Positions 50,808 to 60,627 of a DNA stretch of 64,000 nucleotides are shown here, in pieces. Position 1 is the stretch's first letter, and the number at the start of each line of letters is the position of its first letter. Origin of the DNA: Candidatus Omnitrophota bacterium (GTDB lineage: Bacteria; Omnitrophota; Omnitrophia; Omnitrophales; Aquincolibacteriaceae); the NCBI GenBank assembly GCA_903856085.1, contig CAIOAT010000042.1:4947-68946 (forward strand), in the 5' to 3' direction. The notes beneath the pieces are model-generated. The model saw only the letters and a list, made by a program, of their open reading frames with translations, ran no database searches and was not told where the DNA came from. Position numbers and translations under genes: made by a program.

Positions 50808-52371
50808 TAGCCTCGGGATGAGCCGTGGACGTGTGAAATTCGGAGACTTCGGGGGAACTCGCGGGTTTACGTTGTTCCAATGGAGAGACCTCTTGTTTTA
50901 TCTTCTCGGCCAAATGCCGCTGGGCCTGCTTTGCTTCGATCACTTCGCGCTCGATTGCTTCCTGTTCCGCGAGGAGTTTGCGCATATCCTCCTCACGTTC
51001 ACGAATTTCGGATTCGATCTTCTCCTGTTGTTTTACCACCTGCTTCAGGCGCAACTCTTTGGTCACAAGCTGATCATGAAGCTGGGACTTTTTCTGCACA
51101 GTCTCACGTTGATCCAACTCGGCGTGAAGCTGACGAATCTGCTTGCGGGCATTTTCAAGATCCATTTCCCGAGCCTCGAGCTGTGCAAGACGCACCTGCC
51201 AGGACTTCTGCTGATCCTCAAAAGATCCCCGCATCTGCCGAATCTCTTTTTCAAGCTCTGAAGATTTCTGCTCCCACCGCTTGGCCTGTTGCGTCTGCAG
51301 CTCTAATTCTTGGATCAAACGGGTTTCACTCGACTGAACGATCTTCTTACCCTCCTCGATATTCTTGATCTTTGCGTGAAGACCCTCCGCTAGAGTTTTT
51401 TGATTTTCCATCTCTCTCCGGAACTGAGCGGCTTGGCTCTCCCCTTCGCGACGCGCTTGTTCCTGCTCGTCCTTAGCGCGCTGAAGATCATTCTTCGCGG
51501 CATGAAAACTTTTGAGAAGTGCCTGTTTCTCTTGAAGCAACTCTTTATGAGTCAGATCACGCTCTTCGAGCTGTTTGAGGAATTCTTCGGACTTATGATC
51601 TTCGGAACCAAGCTTTTCTTCGAAATACTGACGGGTCTGGCGAAACTCCTCGCGAAGGAGCTCGTATTTCTCCTCTGCGTGATTCACCAAAGCCTGCAAT
51701 TCCTGGGCTTCTTTTTCTTTCTGTTTTCTCGCGGCCTCGCTCAATTGCACGGCTCTTTCCTTTTCCGAGACCTCCGCCTGCGCCTTTTCAAGTGCCTTTC
51801 GAAGCTGACTCACACTCTCTTTCAGCCCCACGCTCTCCTTCAAAAGCTTTTCTCGTTCTTCCTCAAGAATGCTCCGAAAATGACGGTTATTTTGATTGGA
51901 CATGCCGTTCTTTGCAGGGGACCGCGTATCGCCGCGCTCCGAAGAAACGCCTTCGTTCTGTACCCACGACCGGATTTCCTGGATCGCTTCACCGTGATCT
52001 AGCTTTTCGGTTTCATTTTTCTGTGGAGACACCGCAGGGGATCCCAGCTGATGTAGAAATGCGAGATTCGGCGGCGTAGGCCATACGGTCCGATAGCATC
52101 GTCGCTTCAAAAAGCTGTCATTACTCACCACAATATCCGTTTGAGAACTCCGGAAATATTGCTTCACCTGAAGCGCAGTCGCATACAGAAGATTATCCAT
52201 CAGGATGATGGGGGTGTTTTGGACAAGATCGAGAGCTTCGTCCACGGGAAGGCGAAAAGCCTTGGCAATTTCACGAGCTATTTTGTTGCGTTCCAGCTCA
52301 CTCTTAAGGGGATTGAGGACCACGAACCAATCCTGCCCGCCTGGTTGAACCTTTTTAGTGCCTGTAAGCAT
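50797..52371 (-). CDS. long coiled-coil protein with an N-terminal L7/L12-CTD-like domain
   Basis: N-terminal alpha/beta segment with EALDLVQNTP; about 350 aa of E/K/Q/R heptads. Confidence 0.7.
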   Translation of the reverse strand: MLTGTKKVQPGGQDWFVVLNPLKSELERNKIAREIAKAFRLPVDEALDLVQNTPIILMDNLLYATALQVKQYFRSSQTDIVVSNDSFLKRRCYRTVWPTPPNLAFLHQLGSPAVSPQKNETEKLDHGEAIQEIRSWVQNEGVSSERGDTRSPAKNGMSNQNNRHFRSILEEEREKLLKESVGLKESVSQLRKALEKAQAEVSEKERAVQLSEAARKQKEKEAQELQALVNHAEEKYELLREEFRQTRQYFEEKLGSEDHKSEEFLKQLEERDLTHKELLQEKQALLKSFHAAKNDLQRAKDEQEQARREGESQAAQFRREMENQKTLAEGLHAKIKNIEEGKKIVQSSETRLIQELELQTQQAKRWEQKSSELEKEIRQMRGSFEDQQKSWQVRLAQLEAREMDLENARKQIRQLHAELDQRETVQKKSQLHDQLVTKELRLKQVVKQQEKIESEIREREEDMRKLLAEQEAIEREVIEAKQAQRHLAEKIKQEVSPLEQRKPASSPEVSEFHTSTAHPEAIDD

Positions 52372-52439
52372 GCCAACCCCTGAAGGTCTTTGATCAGAAA
52401 AGAAAAGGATGCGTGATGAGGTCTAAATCCCTGCTCGTC

Positions 52440-52784
52440 TTAGAACGTAATCCTCTCGGCGATCTCATGGATCACCGGAATCTCCCACCGCTCCCCCATC
52501 AGCACCTTCACAATCCCGATGAGTGAAAGGATCCCGAGAACCACAAACGCCAACGTAAATACCAAGTCCCCCAATGCGGGAACGACCTTCAGGATTGCCG
52601 CGGCCAACTCCAGGATAAAAAGCACCAGGGCCTGTTTTCCGTGAAAAAGCGCAAACTTGTTCTCTTTCTTGAGTACAAGCGGCACAAAACAAAGAAAGCT
52701 CAGATAGCCAATCGCCGCAAAAAACTGCGCATCCTGAATCTCCGGGTCCTTGGGCGCCACAACTTTTTCATTCGCAGTCATCAT
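52440..52784 (-). CDS. DUF4870-like membrane protein
   Basis: AAIGYL..L..VPL, FHGKQALVL, WEIPVI. Confidence 0.8.
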   Translation of the reverse strand: MMTANEKVVAPKDPEIQDAQFFAAIGYLSFLCFVPLVLKKENKFALFHGKQALVLFILELAAAILKVVPALGDLVFTLAFVVLGILSLIGIVKVLMGERWEIPVIHEIAERITF

Positions 52785-52810
52785 TTCTCCTTCGTTTAAA
52801 CAAGCAAGCT

Positions 52811-52840
52811 ATTATAGGAAGACCCGTGCTCAACCGTCAA
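52811..52840 (-). promoter_or_regulatory. sigma70-type promoter
   Basis: TTGACG-N18-TATAAT upstream of the DUF4870 gene. Confidence 0.65.
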
Positions 52841-52896
52841 GGTGCAATCCTGAAAAATTGATACCGCTAATCCATCGAGTCGCACGTTGACCCGGA

Positions 52897-53235
52897 TCAC
52901 GCAACCGCGGGATTTGTTTCACGACAAACCGGTGGAATCGTCCGTTCCATCGGAATAAAAAAACTCCCCACTTCGCATACTCCGATGAACATCCGGCGCA
53001 ACATGTAAACAGTTCCCATGCCTAATCCTGGGAAAAATCCGGAACCGCCTTGATCCTTCATGTCCGTATGGATCGTACACGGGATTTCGGCAAAGCTGGT
53101 CACAATGTTCTCAAGTCCGCGACCGAACTTTGTTCCGATCCCGTACATGTAATCGCCAACCGTCTCTTCGGCAGACACAAAAGGCACCAACAGCAACATC
53201 CCCACGGTCATTAAAAGCAATATTCTGATGCGCAT
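52897..53235 (-). CDS. TIGR04073 (exosortase-associated)-like secreted protein
   Basis: Signal peptide; KFGRGLENIVTSFAEIP...G...R...GV.EV.SF.IP. Confidence 0.8.
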   Translation of the reverse strand: MRIRILLLMTVGMLLLVPFVSAEETVGDYMYGIGTKFGRGLENIVTSFAEIPCTIHTDMKDQGGSGFFPGLGMGTVYMLRRMFIGVCEVGSFFIPMERTIPPVCRETNPAVA

Positions 53236-53245
53236 AAACCTGCTC

Positions 53246-53881
53246 CTAGGAACCCTTGCGAACCATACGCCAGGGATGTAATTTTAGGTCCGCAGTCATG
53301 TCGCGAAGATTTGCGGAAACCTCATGAAAATTGCCAAGGGTTTTCGAGATCTCTTCTTTATTCCCTCCGACCACATCGTTTACGGTCTTCAGCAGCGGAT
53401 TCAAGCTTTCGGTCATCTTCGCCACCTCATCCGCCAAAAGATTCATCTTACGGATTAGGACATGCATCGGGATCGGATCCACGCCCTCGATCACTTTGCC
53501 AGCTTCCATGGGAGGAGCATCTTTCGAACCAACGGAAATCTCGATAAACTTTTCTCCCATCATCCCAAGGGTATCGATATACGCCACACTATCCTTGCGG
53601 ACAAAGGCGTCCTGAGAAACCTTGATTGTCACCAAAACAGGCCTAGCTTGCCCTCTCAGGATCTGGATACTATCCACCTTGCCGACTTCGCGACCCGCAT
53701 AATAAACGGGCGCGCTGTCGCTCAAACCGCTCAAGTATCCGAACTGAACCTTCCATTCGTTGGCCCCTTTCTTAAAATAGCCTCCGACCACGAACGTGAG
53801 CACCAGCAGCAGAACGAGTGCGACCAGCACAAAAAATCCTGATTTAATCTCGGATGACGAATAAGCATTTGATGAATCCAT
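53246..53881 (-). CDS. mlaD: MCE-domain protein (MlaD family)
   Basis: EIKSGFFV TM, GL...APV.YAG.EVG.V, GMMGEKFIEI, helical tail ending LKLHPW. Confidence 0.88.
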   Translation of the reverse strand: MDSSNAYSSSEIKSGFFVLVALVLLLVLTFVVGGYFKKGANEWKVQFGYLSGLSDSAPVYYAGREVGKVDSIQILRGQARPVLVTIKVSQDAFVRKDSVAYIDTLGMMGEKFIEISVGSKDAPPMEAGKVIEGVDPIPMHVLIRKMNLLADEVAKMTESLNPLLKTVNDVVGGNKEEISKTLGNFHEVSANLRDMTADLKLHPWRMVRKGS

Positions 53882-53906
53882 CTTTTCCTCCTCTGGAAAC
53901 GACTTC

Positions 53907-54712
53907 TTAAGTGGAAAGAAGCCCTTTTAAATAAGCTTCGCTAGTTTGTTTGAACGGGATGACACCTTCGGACTCTCCATGAATAAACTGCTGAACATAC
54001 GAATCTTTTGAATTTTTGATCTCGTCGGCCGTACCCACCTGCAGCACTTTGCCTTTATGAAGAATGATGATTTTGTCAGCAATACGGAATGCGCTTTTCA
54101 TTTCATGCGAAACCACCACAGAAGTAATATTGAGTTTCTTGCTGAGATCCAGAATCAGGCGATCGATCATGCTTGCAGTAATCGGGTCCAGACCCGCACC
54201 CGGTTCGTCATAGAACACTATTTTCGGGTCAAGTGCGATCGCACGCGCGAGTGCCACGCGTTTTTTCATCCCGCCCGAGATTTGATGCGGCATGAAATCC
54301 TCAAAACCTGTCAGCCCCACCAGCTCCAATTTCACACGAACAATGATACGGATGATCTCAGGAGAAAGGTCCGTGTGCTCCTTGAGTGGCACCGCAACGT
54401 TCTCCCCAACGGTCATAGAATTAAAAAGCGCCGATCCCTGAAAGAGCATGCCAAACTTACGCCGAACTTCGTTCATATCCTTTTCTTTGAGCCCCACGAT
54501 GTTCTTGCCATCCACCAAGATCTCACCAGAAGTCGGTTGATGCAAAGCAATCAGATGACGTAAAAGGGTCGTCTTGCCGCACCCCGAGCCTCCCATAATG
54601 ACCGTGATCTTACCCCGCGGAAGCGTGACGTTGATACCGTCCAGCACGTAAGATCCCCGAAACGCTTAACAAGATTCTTGACTTCGATAACAGGTTCTTC
54701 AGATTCGCTCAT
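53907..54712 (-). CDS. mlaF: MlaF-type ABC ATPase, with an apparent 1-bp deletion near codon 22
   Basis: MSESEEPVIEVKNLVKRFGDLT continues as VLDGINV...GGSGCGKT, ISGGMKKRV, YDEP in another frame at about 54647. Confidence 0.88.
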
Positions 54713-54719
54713 AAATTCC

Positions 54720-55520
54720 TCACGTGGGCAAGGCGTAATAAATGACCGCCGTCGCCAAACAATCCACCACAATGATCAGCACGATCGAGATCACAACCGC
54801 TTGTGTTGTAGCTTTCCCTACCGCATCCGCGCCGCCGGAAACAGAAAGCCCCTGGTGACAACTGACAAGTGCAATCAGAATGCTAAAAATAAAACTCTTG
54901 AGAAGCCCGGTATAGATGTCTTTGAGAACAAGGGCATCAATACTCTTGGCGATATAAAGACTGGAATTGATCCCAAGACCCGTCGTCCCGATTGCCCAGC
55001 CACCGATCATCCCCATGACATCTACAATGACCGCCAAGCACGGCAACATCAAAGCCAACGCAAGAACACGCGGCACAACGAGATACCGGATCGGATTAAT
55101 GCCCATGGTAGTAAGCGCATCCACCTCTTCCTGAACCATCATGGTCCCGATCTCGGCTGCCATCCGTGCGCCAATGCGTCCAGAGATCACGATCGAAGCG
55201 ATCAAGGGTCCGAGTTCACGGGCCATCGCAACGCACACAAGACTCCCCGTGTACATGATAGCCCCAAAGGTTTTTAAGGAATAAGCCGCTTGCAGGGCGA
55301 GTACCGTCCCGACCGAAGCTCCCACTAGCGAAACGATCGCCGTGGAATCAATGCCGATCAAGACCATCTGGCGAAAAAGCACTTCACGAGGGATGACCTT
55401 CTTTTTAAAGAAAGCCGAGATCGTATAACCAGCAACCGCCGCCCCTAGCTCCCACAACCGGGCGACACCCGCCAAAACAAAAAGCAAACCCTGTCCGATA
55501 TTGCCTGCGAATTCTTTCAT
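54720..55520 (-). CDS. mlaE: MlaE-type ABC permease
   Basis: RELGP, GRIGA..AAEIGTM...EEVDAL..MG..P..YLVVPR, VGKATT.AVV. Confidence 0.93.
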   Translation of the reverse strand: MKEFAGNIGQGLLFVLAGVARLWELGAAVAGYTISAFFKKKVIPREVLFRQMVLIGIDSTAIVSLVGASVGTVLALQAAYSLKTFGAIMYTGSLVCVAMARELGPLIASIVISGRIGARMAAEIGTMMVQEEVDALTTMGINPIRYLVVPRVLALALMLPCLAVIVDVMGMIGGWAIGTTGLGINSSLYIAKSIDALVLKDIYTGLLKSFIFSILIALVSCHQGLSVSGGADAVGKATTQAVVISIVLIIVVDCLATAVIYYALPT

Positions 55521-55545
55521 ATGTAAATATTCCTTAAATGTCCGC

Positions 55546-55890
55546 TCAGGTTTTAGCGCCTAAACACTCGACCGCCTCCGCGACGGTGGCGGTGATCTCA
55601 AAAATGCTGTCAAGTTTTGCGATCTCGAAAACACCTCGAACCGTGGAAGTGAGCGCCGCGAGAATAAGCCGGCCTTGATAGCGTTTAGCCTTCTGGAATG
55701 CTTCTACAAAGGTCGCGATGCCGGAACTGTCCATATAGTCCACGCCGCCCAAGTTCACAAGGATCTTGGGAGCCTGTTTCGCGGTCAATTCCGTCAATTT
55801 TTCACGAAGTTCAGGCGAAGAATGATAATCCAATTCCCCGGAAAGTTCTAACACTTGAATATCCCCTTGATTCGACGATTGTATTTTCAT
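55546..55890 (-). CDS. anti-sigma factor antagonist (STAS, RsbV/SpoIIAA-like)
   Basis: LSGELD, VDYMDSSGIA with the conserved phospho-acceptor Ser. Confidence 0.9.
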   Translation of the reverse strand: MKIQSSNQGDIQVLELSGELDYHSSPELREKLTELTAKQAPKILVNLGGVDYMDSSGIATFVEAFQKAKRYQGRLILAALTSTVRGVFEIAKLDSIFEITATVAEAVECLGAKT

Positions 55891-55906
55891 AGTTCACCTT
55901 CCCTTT

Positions 55907-56311
55907 TCAAATTTTGGTCCTGTGCTTGATCAAACGAAGCCGGTTCCCTTCCGGGTCCTGATCGTCATAGATCATCTGATCCATGATCGTCCTGATAAAA
56001 TGAACTCCCAGACCGCCCGGTTTGTGGCGTGGAAGTTCCGGGGAGGGCACTTGAGTCGGATCAAACTTCTTACCCCAGTCCTCCAGCACAATTTCGATCT
56101 TATCGTCAGAGGTTCCAACGGTCACCGCCATCTTGCCCGATTTGCCCTGATAAGCGTGCCTGATAATATTCGTCAAAGCCTCATCGACCGCTAAAAGAAT
56201 CTCTTCGGCGGACTTCTTTTCCCATCCCGCCTGGTTCAGAATGTGGCGAAGTTCCTTTCGGAAAGGCGAAAGAACCTCGGACGAGGCTGTCAGTTCAAAT
56301 CTTTTTTCCAC
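55907..56311 (-). CDS. anti-sigma factor Ser/Thr kinase (RsbW/SpoIIAB-like)
   Basis: LAVDEALTNIIRHAY, EDWG..FDP, GGLGVHFI; GTG start chosen to reduce the ribE overlap. Confidence 0.9.
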   Translation of the reverse strand: MEKRFELTASSEVLSPFRKELRHILNQAGWEKKSAEEILLAVDEALTNIIRHAYQGKSGKMAVTVGTSDDKIEIVLEDWGKKFDPTQVPSPELPRHKPGGLGVHFIRTIMDQMIYDDQDPEGNRLRLIKHRTKI

Positions 56312-56961
56312 TCGACCCCCTGCTGGAGGAGTTCCCGGAGGATCGTGCGAGACGAAAAGATTCTCCGAGTCCTTTCTTTCGCAAAGCACATCTGAAGATA
56401 CCGCGCGACGATATCGACTTCGAGATTGACCTCAAAACCCACCCGTTTGATCCCAAGAGTTGTGACTTGAAGCGTGTGCGGTATCACCGCGATCTGAAAT
56501 ATCTTCCCGCGAACTTTCTGCACTGTCAAACTAATCCCGTCGCAAGCAATCGATCCTTTGTCCGCGAGAAGTGCGATTATATCCTTGGAGGCCGTCAGGA
56601 ACAAGGTCGTATTCTTCTTTCGCTTTTCGATCTTCACAATCGTACCACGACCATCAATATGCCCTGTGACGAAATGCCCGCCAAGCCCATCCCCGATCTT
56701 CAAAGATCTCTCAAGGTTCACGCGTCCTCCGCGTTCCAGCATTCCCAGCGTGGTCGCTTCCAGAGTTTGGCGCACCACATCCACTTCAAAACCTCTGGCG
56801 CTCGCGCGCACTGCGGTGAGACACACCCCGGATACCGCGATGCTGTCCCCGACCTTCAAACCTTTTTCTTTTTTCTGAAAGCGAAACCCGAACCGGACTT
56901 GGCCGCCGCGCTCTTCTTTCTTTATAACGATACCCTGATTCTCAACAATGCCTGTAAACAT
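56290..56961 (-). CDS. ribE: riboflavin synthase (alpha chain)
   Basis: MFTGIVE, VNLERSL, GGHFVTGHIDG, IPHT. Confidence 0.96.
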   Translation of the reverse strand: MFTGIVENQGIVIKKEERGGQVRFGFRFQKKEKGLKVGDSIAVSGVCLTAVRASARGFEVDVVRQTLEATTLGMLERGGRVNLERSLKIGDGLGGHFVTGHIDGRGTIVKIEKRKKNTTLFLTASKDIIALLADKGSIACDGISLTVQKVRGKIFQIAVIPHTLQVTTLGIKRVGFEVNLEVDIVARYLQMCFAKERTRRIFSSRTILRELLQQGVEWKKDLN

Positions 56962-56973
56962 AATCTCCTCGCC

Positions 56974-58089
56974 TTATTTTTTATGAAATGATCCTTCAAA
57001 AATCCAATCATCTCCTGAACGCATGACCTTGTCCGTCTTAAACAAGAACGCCTCCTCCGGCGTTCTCACCCCAAATCCCTCCACCGAAGTCTTGGCATTA
57101 CGCCCACCGAAGACCTTAGGTGCGAGGATCCAAAAAGCGCGGTCCACGCACCCCGCTTCCAAAAAGGACCATGCCAATTCCCCTCCGCCTTCGACCAAGA
57201 GTTTAGTCACACCCAACGACGCGAGTTTTTTAAGAAGCTCACGCACTTCGATCCTGCCGCGTTTTTCCTTAACAGGCAAAAGCATCAGCGTTCCTTTTTG
57301 AGTCTCCGTTTTTTTAACAATCGTCTTAAGCTCTTTTTCTGAGAATACGAGAATCGTAAGCCGATTGTCTTCAAAGATACGCGCTTTCCGGGACCAACCT
57401 TGGGCGGAGATCATCACGATCTTCCATGGTTTTCCGGCAGCAAGAGAGCTCGAACCTTTCGGGACGGTGAGTCGGGGATCATCCTGACAGAACGTGTTCT
57501 TCCCCACCAGGACTGCGTCATGACTTGCCCGAAGCTTGTGGACGAATTTCCGTGAAAGCGGCGAAGAGATCCAGCGAGAGAAACCCTCCCGCGTTGCGAT
57601 CTTGCCATCCAAGGTTTGCGCCATCTTGAGCGTCACAAATGGACGCTTTGCGGTCATCGTTTTAAAAAAACCTTCATTTTGCCTCCGAATTTCATCTTCT
57701 AGAATGCCGATGGTGACGGTGATTCCCTGTTCGCGCAGAAAACGGACCCCTTTACCGTGATTCAAAGGATTGGGATCCAGACAACCGATCACGACTTCCC
57801 GGATGCCTTTTTCCTTGATGAGAGGCGCGCAAGGCGGTGTTTTCTGCCAGGTTGCGCAAGGTTCCAGGGTCACATAAAGGGTAGCGCCTTTGGCTTTTTT
57901 CCCTGCCTGAGCCAGGGCATGGGGCTCGGCGTGCGGCCCGCCAAATTTTTCATGAAAACCGGAACCTACGAGCTTTCCTTTGGAAACGACACAGGCGCCA
58001 ACCATGGGATTGGGACTGACGCAAAAACGTCCCCTCTCCGCCAAAGCGATCGCTCGCTTCATCCATATTTCATGCGGCGGAAGGGTCAT
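56974..58089 (-). CDS. ribD: riboflavin biosynthesis deaminase/reductase
   Basis: PNPMVG, HAE, TLEPC...PPC, LDGKIA, VEGGG. Confidence 0.96.
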   Translation of the reverse strand: MTLPPHEIWMKRAIALAERGRFCVSPNPMVGACVVSKGKLVGSGFHEKFGGPHAEPHALAQAGKKAKGATLYVTLEPCATWQKTPPCAPLIKEKGIREVVIGCLDPNPLNHGKGVRFLREQGITVTIGILEDEIRRQNEGFFKTMTAKRPFVTLKMAQTLDGKIATREGFSRWISSPLSRKFVHKLRASHDAVLVGKNTFCQDDPRLTVPKGSSSLAAGKPWKIVMISAQGWSRKARIFEDNRLTILVFSEKELKTIVKKTETQKGTLMLLPVKEKRGRIEVRELLKKLASLGVTKLLVEGGGELAWSFLEAGCVDRAFWILAPKVFGGRNAKTSVEGFGVRTPEEAFLFKTDKVMRSGDDWIFEGSFHKK

Positions 58090-58519
58090 GGTCCTTGGGA
58101 TTTTTCGGCTTTTCGGTGTGATTGATCTTATCGAGGATGCCGTTGACGAACTTGCCGGATTCTTCCTGCGAAAATTTCTTGGCGAGATTCACAGCTTCAT
58201 TGAGAGTGACCTTCGGCGGAACATCGGCCAGATAAAGGAGTTCATAAGTCGCGAGTCGCATGACATTTCGGTCGATCATGGCCATCCGGGAGAGTTCCCA
58301 GTTGTCCGCATACTTCTCAAGAACCTTGTCGATCTCCACTTGATGTTCTACGGTCCCGAGAGCGAGCTTTTCAGAAAAACGCCGGGTCTCCTCGGAGTAA
58401 GTCTCATCTTGTTCGGACCAAAATTTCTCCAGGATCTGCGGCATGGGTTCAGGGTTCATCTCATACTGATAGAGGATCTGAAGCGCGCATTCACGCGACT
58501 GGGTTCTTTTACGAAGCAT
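58070..58519 (-). CDS. nusB: transcription antitermination factor NusB
   Basis: RKRTQSRE.ALQ.LY, VTLNEAVNLAK.F, FVNGILD. Confidence 0.96.
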   Translation of the reverse strand: MLRKRTQSRECALQILYQYEMNPEPMPQILEKFWSEQDETYSEETRRFSEKLALGTVEHQVEIDKVLEKYADNWELSRMAMIDRNVMRLATYELLYLADVPPKVTLNEAVNLAKKFSQEESGKFVNGILDKINHTEKPKNPKDHDPSAA

Positions 58520-58552
58520 TTTTTCCTTTATGTCCGGCCCGAAACGAAAACG

Positions 58553-59056
58553 TTACTTTTTCCGTTTTCGGATCTTGGGACTTTTTATCTTTTCGGATAA
58601 TTGCTCATTAAGACTCGCGATCTCAAGTGCCGCCAGAGCAGCCTGTTCGCCTTTATTGCCGTGTTTCAGGCCTGCCCGGTCGATCGCCTGCTCCAGATTA
58701 TCCACCGTGATCACACCGGTTGCGATCGGAGTTCCGGTCTCAAGCGCCACCTGATCGATCCCGCGCGTCAGCTCGTTTGACACGCACTCAAAGTGGTAAG
58801 TCCCTCCGCGGATCACACAACTGAGAGCGATCACTACATCGCAATGCCTTCGGGCCTTCAACTGTTTGCAAAAAAACGGCACTTCCAAACCTCCTGGGAC
58901 CCAAACGATCTTGATATTCTTTTCTGGCACCCCAGCCTTGCGCAAGGTCGTCACGGCTCCCTCTAACAGGCGATCGGTGATGTACTTATTGAACCGGGAA
59001 ACAACAATCCCGAATTTTTTATTCCCGGCAATGAGTTTCCCCTGATACGTGGTCAT
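58553..59056 (-). CDS. ribH: 6,7-dimethyl-8-ribityllumazine synthase
   Basis: SRFN..IT..L, VPG..E.P, IRGGTYHF, GNKG. Confidence 0.95.
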   Translation of the reverse strand: MTTYQGKLIAGNKKFGIVVSRFNKYITDRLLEGAVTTLRKAGVPEKNIKIVWVPGGLEVPFFCKQLKARRHCDVVIALSCVIRGGTYHFECVSNELTRGIDQVALETGTPIATGVITVDNLEQAIDRAGLKHGNKGEQAALAALEIASLNEQLSEKIKSPKIRKRKK

Positions 59057-60261
59057 GGATTCGGATCGCCTTCCAAGATATGCCCGAGTTTGTCTTTTTT
59101 AGTTTGCATGTATTTTGCGCTGACAGGATTCGCGGGCATGATGATCGGAAGGCGCTCCACCACCTGCAGTCCATAACCCTCCAGCCCTACGATCTTGCGA
59201 GGATTATTCGTCATGAGACGAAGCTTCGAAAGACCGAGGTCATGCAGGATCTGCGCCCCGATCCCATAATCCCGAAGATCCGGTTTAAACCCCAGCGCTT
59301 CGTTCGCCTGAACCGTATCAAGCCCATGTTTATCCTGAAGTTCATAAGCCTTAATCTTATTCGCCAAACCGATCCCACGGCCTTCCTGGCGCATGTAAAG
59401 AATCACGCCGGCGCCTTCGCGTTGGATCATTTTCATGGCCGCGATGAGCTGTTCCTGGCAGTCGCAACGGATAGAACTCAAGACTTCCCCCGTAAAACAT
59501 TCGGAATGAACGCGCACCAGCGCTGGCTTATCGCCGATCTGTCCCTGAATAAGTGCAACATGTTGAGCCCCGTCAAGAACCGACTCATAGATTCGAATGG
59601 TCCAGATCCCGAACTTTGTCGGAAGTTGAGCCTCGCTCACTTTTTGGACGAGCTTGTTTGTTTTCGTACGGTAAGCAATAAGATCACGGATGGTCCCGAT
59701 CTTGAGATCATGCATTTTCGCGAACTCTTTGAGATCAGGAAGGCGTGCCATTTTTCCATCATCATTAACGATCTCACAGATCACAGCAGCAGGAGGCAAC
59801 CCGGCAGCCTCCACTAGGTCGACGGCCGCTTCGGTATGTCCGGCACGACGTAACACACCGCCCTGTTTGGCCTTCAGCGGAAAAATATGCCCGGGGATCA
59901 CAAGGTCTTCGCGTTGGGTCTTAGAGTCGGCCAGAAGCTCAATCGTTCGATTGCGGTCATAGGCCGAAATCCCGGTCGTAACACCTGTCTTTGCGTCCAC
60001 CGATACCGTAAAGGCGGTCTTCATGGCATCTTCAGGATTCGGGTTCATTTGATCGAGCCCCAAGACCTGAATACGATCCGCCGTCATGGGAACACAGATC
60101 AGTCCCCGCGCAAATCTCATCATGAAATTAATCATCTCAGGGGTCGTCTTGGACGCAGCGAAAACAATATCCCCCTCGTTCTCGCGGGTCTCGTCATCGG
60201 TCATGATGACCATGCGACCTTCGCGAATATCCTGAATGATCTCTTCCGTTGTGTTGAGCAT
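59053..60261 (-). CDS. ribBA: bifunctional DHBP synthase / GTP cyclohydrolase II
   Basis: [26 protein letters not shown]...CDC, QEGRGIG, TNNPRK. Confidence 0.97.
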   Translation of the reverse strand: MLNTTEEIIQDIREGRMVIMTDDETRENEGDIVFAASKTTPEMINFMMRFARGLICVPMTADRIQVLGLDQMNPNPEDAMKTAFTVSVDAKTGVTTGISAYDRNRTIELLADSKTQREDLVIPGHIFPLKAKQGGVLRRAGHTEAAVDLVEAAGLPPAAVICEIVNDDGKMARLPDLKEFAKMHDLKIGTIRDLIAYRTKTNKLVQKVSEAQLPTKFGIWTIRIYESVLDGAQHVALIQGQIGDKPALVRVHSECFTGEVLSSIRCDCQEQLIAAMKMIQREGAGVILYMRQEGRGIGLANKIKAYELQDKHGLDTVQANEALGFKPDLRDYGIGAQILHDLGLSKLRLMTNNPRKIVGLEGYGLQVVERLPIIMPANPVSAKYMQTKKDKLGHILEGDPNP

Positions 60262-60303
60262 TTTTATAACGTCTCCGGGTCACGCACAAGACACTACTGG
60301 GCT

Positions 60304-60332
60304 ATGGTAACAACAACCTGTTTTCTTGTCAA
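60304..60332 (-). promoter_or_regulatory. sigma70-type promoter of the rib operon
   Basis: TTGACA-N17-TACCAT. Confidence 0.75.
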
Positions 60333-60627
60333 AACCTGTTTTCCTAAGTCATTCATTAGAAGTGACTTACGAGTCTTGACGGAAAAACTTCAGGAGATTT
60401 CCGTTAAGCTGAGGGGTTTTGCAAGGCATCTCTTTGGCGATGAGAAACAACCGAGGAACCTTGAGGCCTTGTTCGCTTCTTTCAAAAGCTAAAACCTCTT
60501 CGTGAGCAAAACAACCAGAGCCTCAAGGGTTTTGCCTATCGAGCCATGAACTTTTTAATTTTGTAATATTGCTAAAGAAAGCGGCAATCCAAAGTTCACC
60601 GTTAGCGCTTTTTTACCTAAAGCGCCG

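Noticed and set aside
60262-60627. FMN riboswitch expected upstream of the rib operon
   Set aside because: No AGGGCGGGGTGAAATTCCC-type consensus, and the promoter is only about 40 bp from the ATG. GGTCACGCACA near 60278 resembles the start of a c-di-GMP-I aptamer, but the rest is absent and it is on the wrong strand.
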